A DNA stretch of 63,995 nt, the filler included, from Fonticula-like sp. SCN 57-25 (Eukaryota): the NCBI GenBank assembly GCA_001724245.1. It is 5 parts of 5 records of this genome, joined end to end, with 100 filler letters (N's around TTAATTAATTAA, not from the genome) between each part and the next. Parts side by side here need not be neighbours in the genome. Positions count along the whole stretch, not along the records: positions 54,738 to 63,995 come from MEDX01000260.1; 4 more parts are not named here. One strand, written 5' to 3'. A program made the position numbers and the translations under genes. Below the pieces are notes generated by a model. That model was given only the letters and a program-made list of their open reading frames with translations, had not been told where the DNA came from and made no database searches. Of this stretch, positions 62,257 to 63,995 are shown piece by piece; position 1 is the first letter of the stretch; every line of letters starts with the position of its first letter.

Positions 62257-62486
62257 TTGCCTCCTCCCTTGTTGACCTTCTCGGGGCAGCGTCACGGCTC
62301 AATTTGGTCCTAAAGCGGTGAGTGTGAGACGAACCATGAGGCCAATTCTTAGCCAATCACCAAAGAATGCGTCACCGAGTGGCCGCAATCGGCCAATCAC
62401 GCGAGTCCAGGTACGATCAGGTGCGTATTCTTAGATTGATTGCAAACTGCAAACTGTCCCTAGAAACCCGGCCGGTAAACCAAACC

Positions 62487-63995
62487 ATGACCGCGGGGGA
62501 GATCTCCGAGCAGCCCGGCGAGGCCGACAAGGTTACCGAGTACGCGCAGCACGCTTCTGGGGCAAACGCGGTGACGCTCCACAGCCAATGTGCTCATCTT
62601 TTGTGTGTTAGATCGATAAATACCGTCCCGAGCTCGCAGCTGTCAGAGTCGACCTCTCTGCTCGGCAGCAATGAGGACAAGGCCGAGTCAAAGTCCCAGA
62701 CAAAGAAAACGGTCGTGCGGTGGATCATTGGCGTAGCCATCTTTTCCCTTATTGGTATTATTTTGGCGCTCGTTTTGACCAATGTGCTGGGAAACCGCGA
62801 CCAGAACCTCAAGGATTCGTGCGTTGTAAACTACGACGAGTTCATCAACTACTTTCCCGAGAATGTTGTTGTGCTCCAGTCGATAGGCTTCTCCGTGACG
62901 TACAGCAAAGCCTACAAGGTCCGTGACTCGTTCTCGTTTCCTTGACTGTGACTGACATGTTTTCTTTCTTTCAGCTGCTGGAAAACCTTGCCACCCGCGA
63001 CACCATCGTCTTGTACCAGTGCGGCACGCCCAGGCCGACCAACACGCCCGAATCGGCCATGTATATCGAAGTGCCCATCAACGCGGCTGCGTTTGACAGT
63101 GTAGAGTACCTCACGTACATGGAGATGCTGGGCCGCCGCCAGAACATCAAGTATGTCGAGTCGCCGGAGGAGACGGCGTCGGCGTGCATCATGTGGCAGT
63201 TTGGCCAGGGCAGCATCCTCGAGCTGTCCGCCACCAACGCAACCCTGCGCGCCAGTCAGCTGGAGAATGTCGACGTGCTTTTCGCTGGGAGAGAGGACTT
63301 TTCGTCCAAGAGTGTTTCCATTTCGGTATCGTCAGAGCCCTCGCCGCTCCAGGTACGCCCTTTTGAAACTTTTACCGCTGCTGCTAACCGGTCCGTGCGT
63401 CAGATGGCAGAATGGCTCAAGTTTTTCGCGCTTTTCTTCAACGAGGAGGGTCGCGCCGACGAGGTGTACGACGACATTGTCACGACCTACAACTGCCTCA
63501 AGAACAACGTTGCGCACCAGTTTGGCGGCGAAGGCAAGCCCAACTTGGCGTGGGTCTCGTTCTCGAACGCAACCGGCTACCCCCTCTGGACGCTCTCGGC
63601 GCAGGATTGGAAGAACGTGCTGACAACGGACGCTGGTGCGTGACAATGTTGATGTAGTATTGTCGACTGACACTGTGCCAGGCGCAATTATGCACAGCAC
63701 CGTTCGCCGTACGTACGACAACATTACCTTGCTGCACCAGGAATTGGTGCTCGTTGACGTGCTGATTGAGGAGAGCGGCCTGATCCAAACGATTGATCAG
63801 TTCATCGAGATTTACCAGATGACCAACAGGACGATGGACTTTTCGTTCCTGCTCAACGACGGCGTCTATTCGATCGACAAGACGCAGTCAATCAATGGCG
63901 CGTCCGACTGGATCCAGAGCAAGGACGCCGATGTGGCCCTGCTGCTGGAAGGTGCGCTCCGCCAGGCCGTGCTTTCTTGCTTGCTAACGTGGTTT
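62487..63995 (+). CDS. Membrane-anchored class III substrate-binding protein, CBA1/BtuF-like (partial)
   Basis: Single TM (WIIGVAIFSLIGIILALVL), then CVVNYD...YFP, FSVTYSKAYK, VLYQCGTP, YMEMLG, EPSPLQMAEWLKFFALFFNEE, YNC; runs off the window end. Confidence 0.8.

Noticed and set aside
1-63995. Alternative genetic code or stop readthrough to explain broken ORFs
   Set aside because: The in-frame stops I examined fall within canonical introns, and TAA, TAG and TGA all end genes normally.

Overview
Eukaryotic, GC-rich, gene-dense DNA. It consists of five unrelated contigs of about 13.5 kb, joined by artificial N44-TTAATTAATTAA-N44 linkers, so there is no synteny across linkers. About 29 genes or gene fragments carry short (mostly ~45-60 nt) GT-AG introns with a GTRCGY donor and CTRAC branch point. 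Gene content mixes fungal-type genes (Whi3/Scw1 RRM protein, Ura4-type dihydroorotase, fungal-type GSK3 tail, Mme1-like carrier) with genes typical of animals and early opisthokonts (MRCK-like kinase, muskelin, DPP8/9, Nup43). This suggests an early-branching holomycotan (inference). The best candidate for a new system is a family of WD40-propeller/coiled-coil/tandem-SAM genes: three members are present, two in tandem. Nearly every blade is its own phase-0 exon, and the paralogues differ most at predicted top-face residues, as expected of a diversifying recognition receptor family. Next to the tandem pair is a giant FG-GAP/EGF/furin-repeat surface protein with an XK-like multi-TM tail and an internal frameshift. 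Also notable are a GSK3 gene with no in-frame AUG, a membrane-anchored CBA1-like B12-binding protein, an Academ-like transposase remnant and an unusual +4C splice-donor consensus. All calls come from reading the sequence; no searches were run, and exon boundaries were set by hand.
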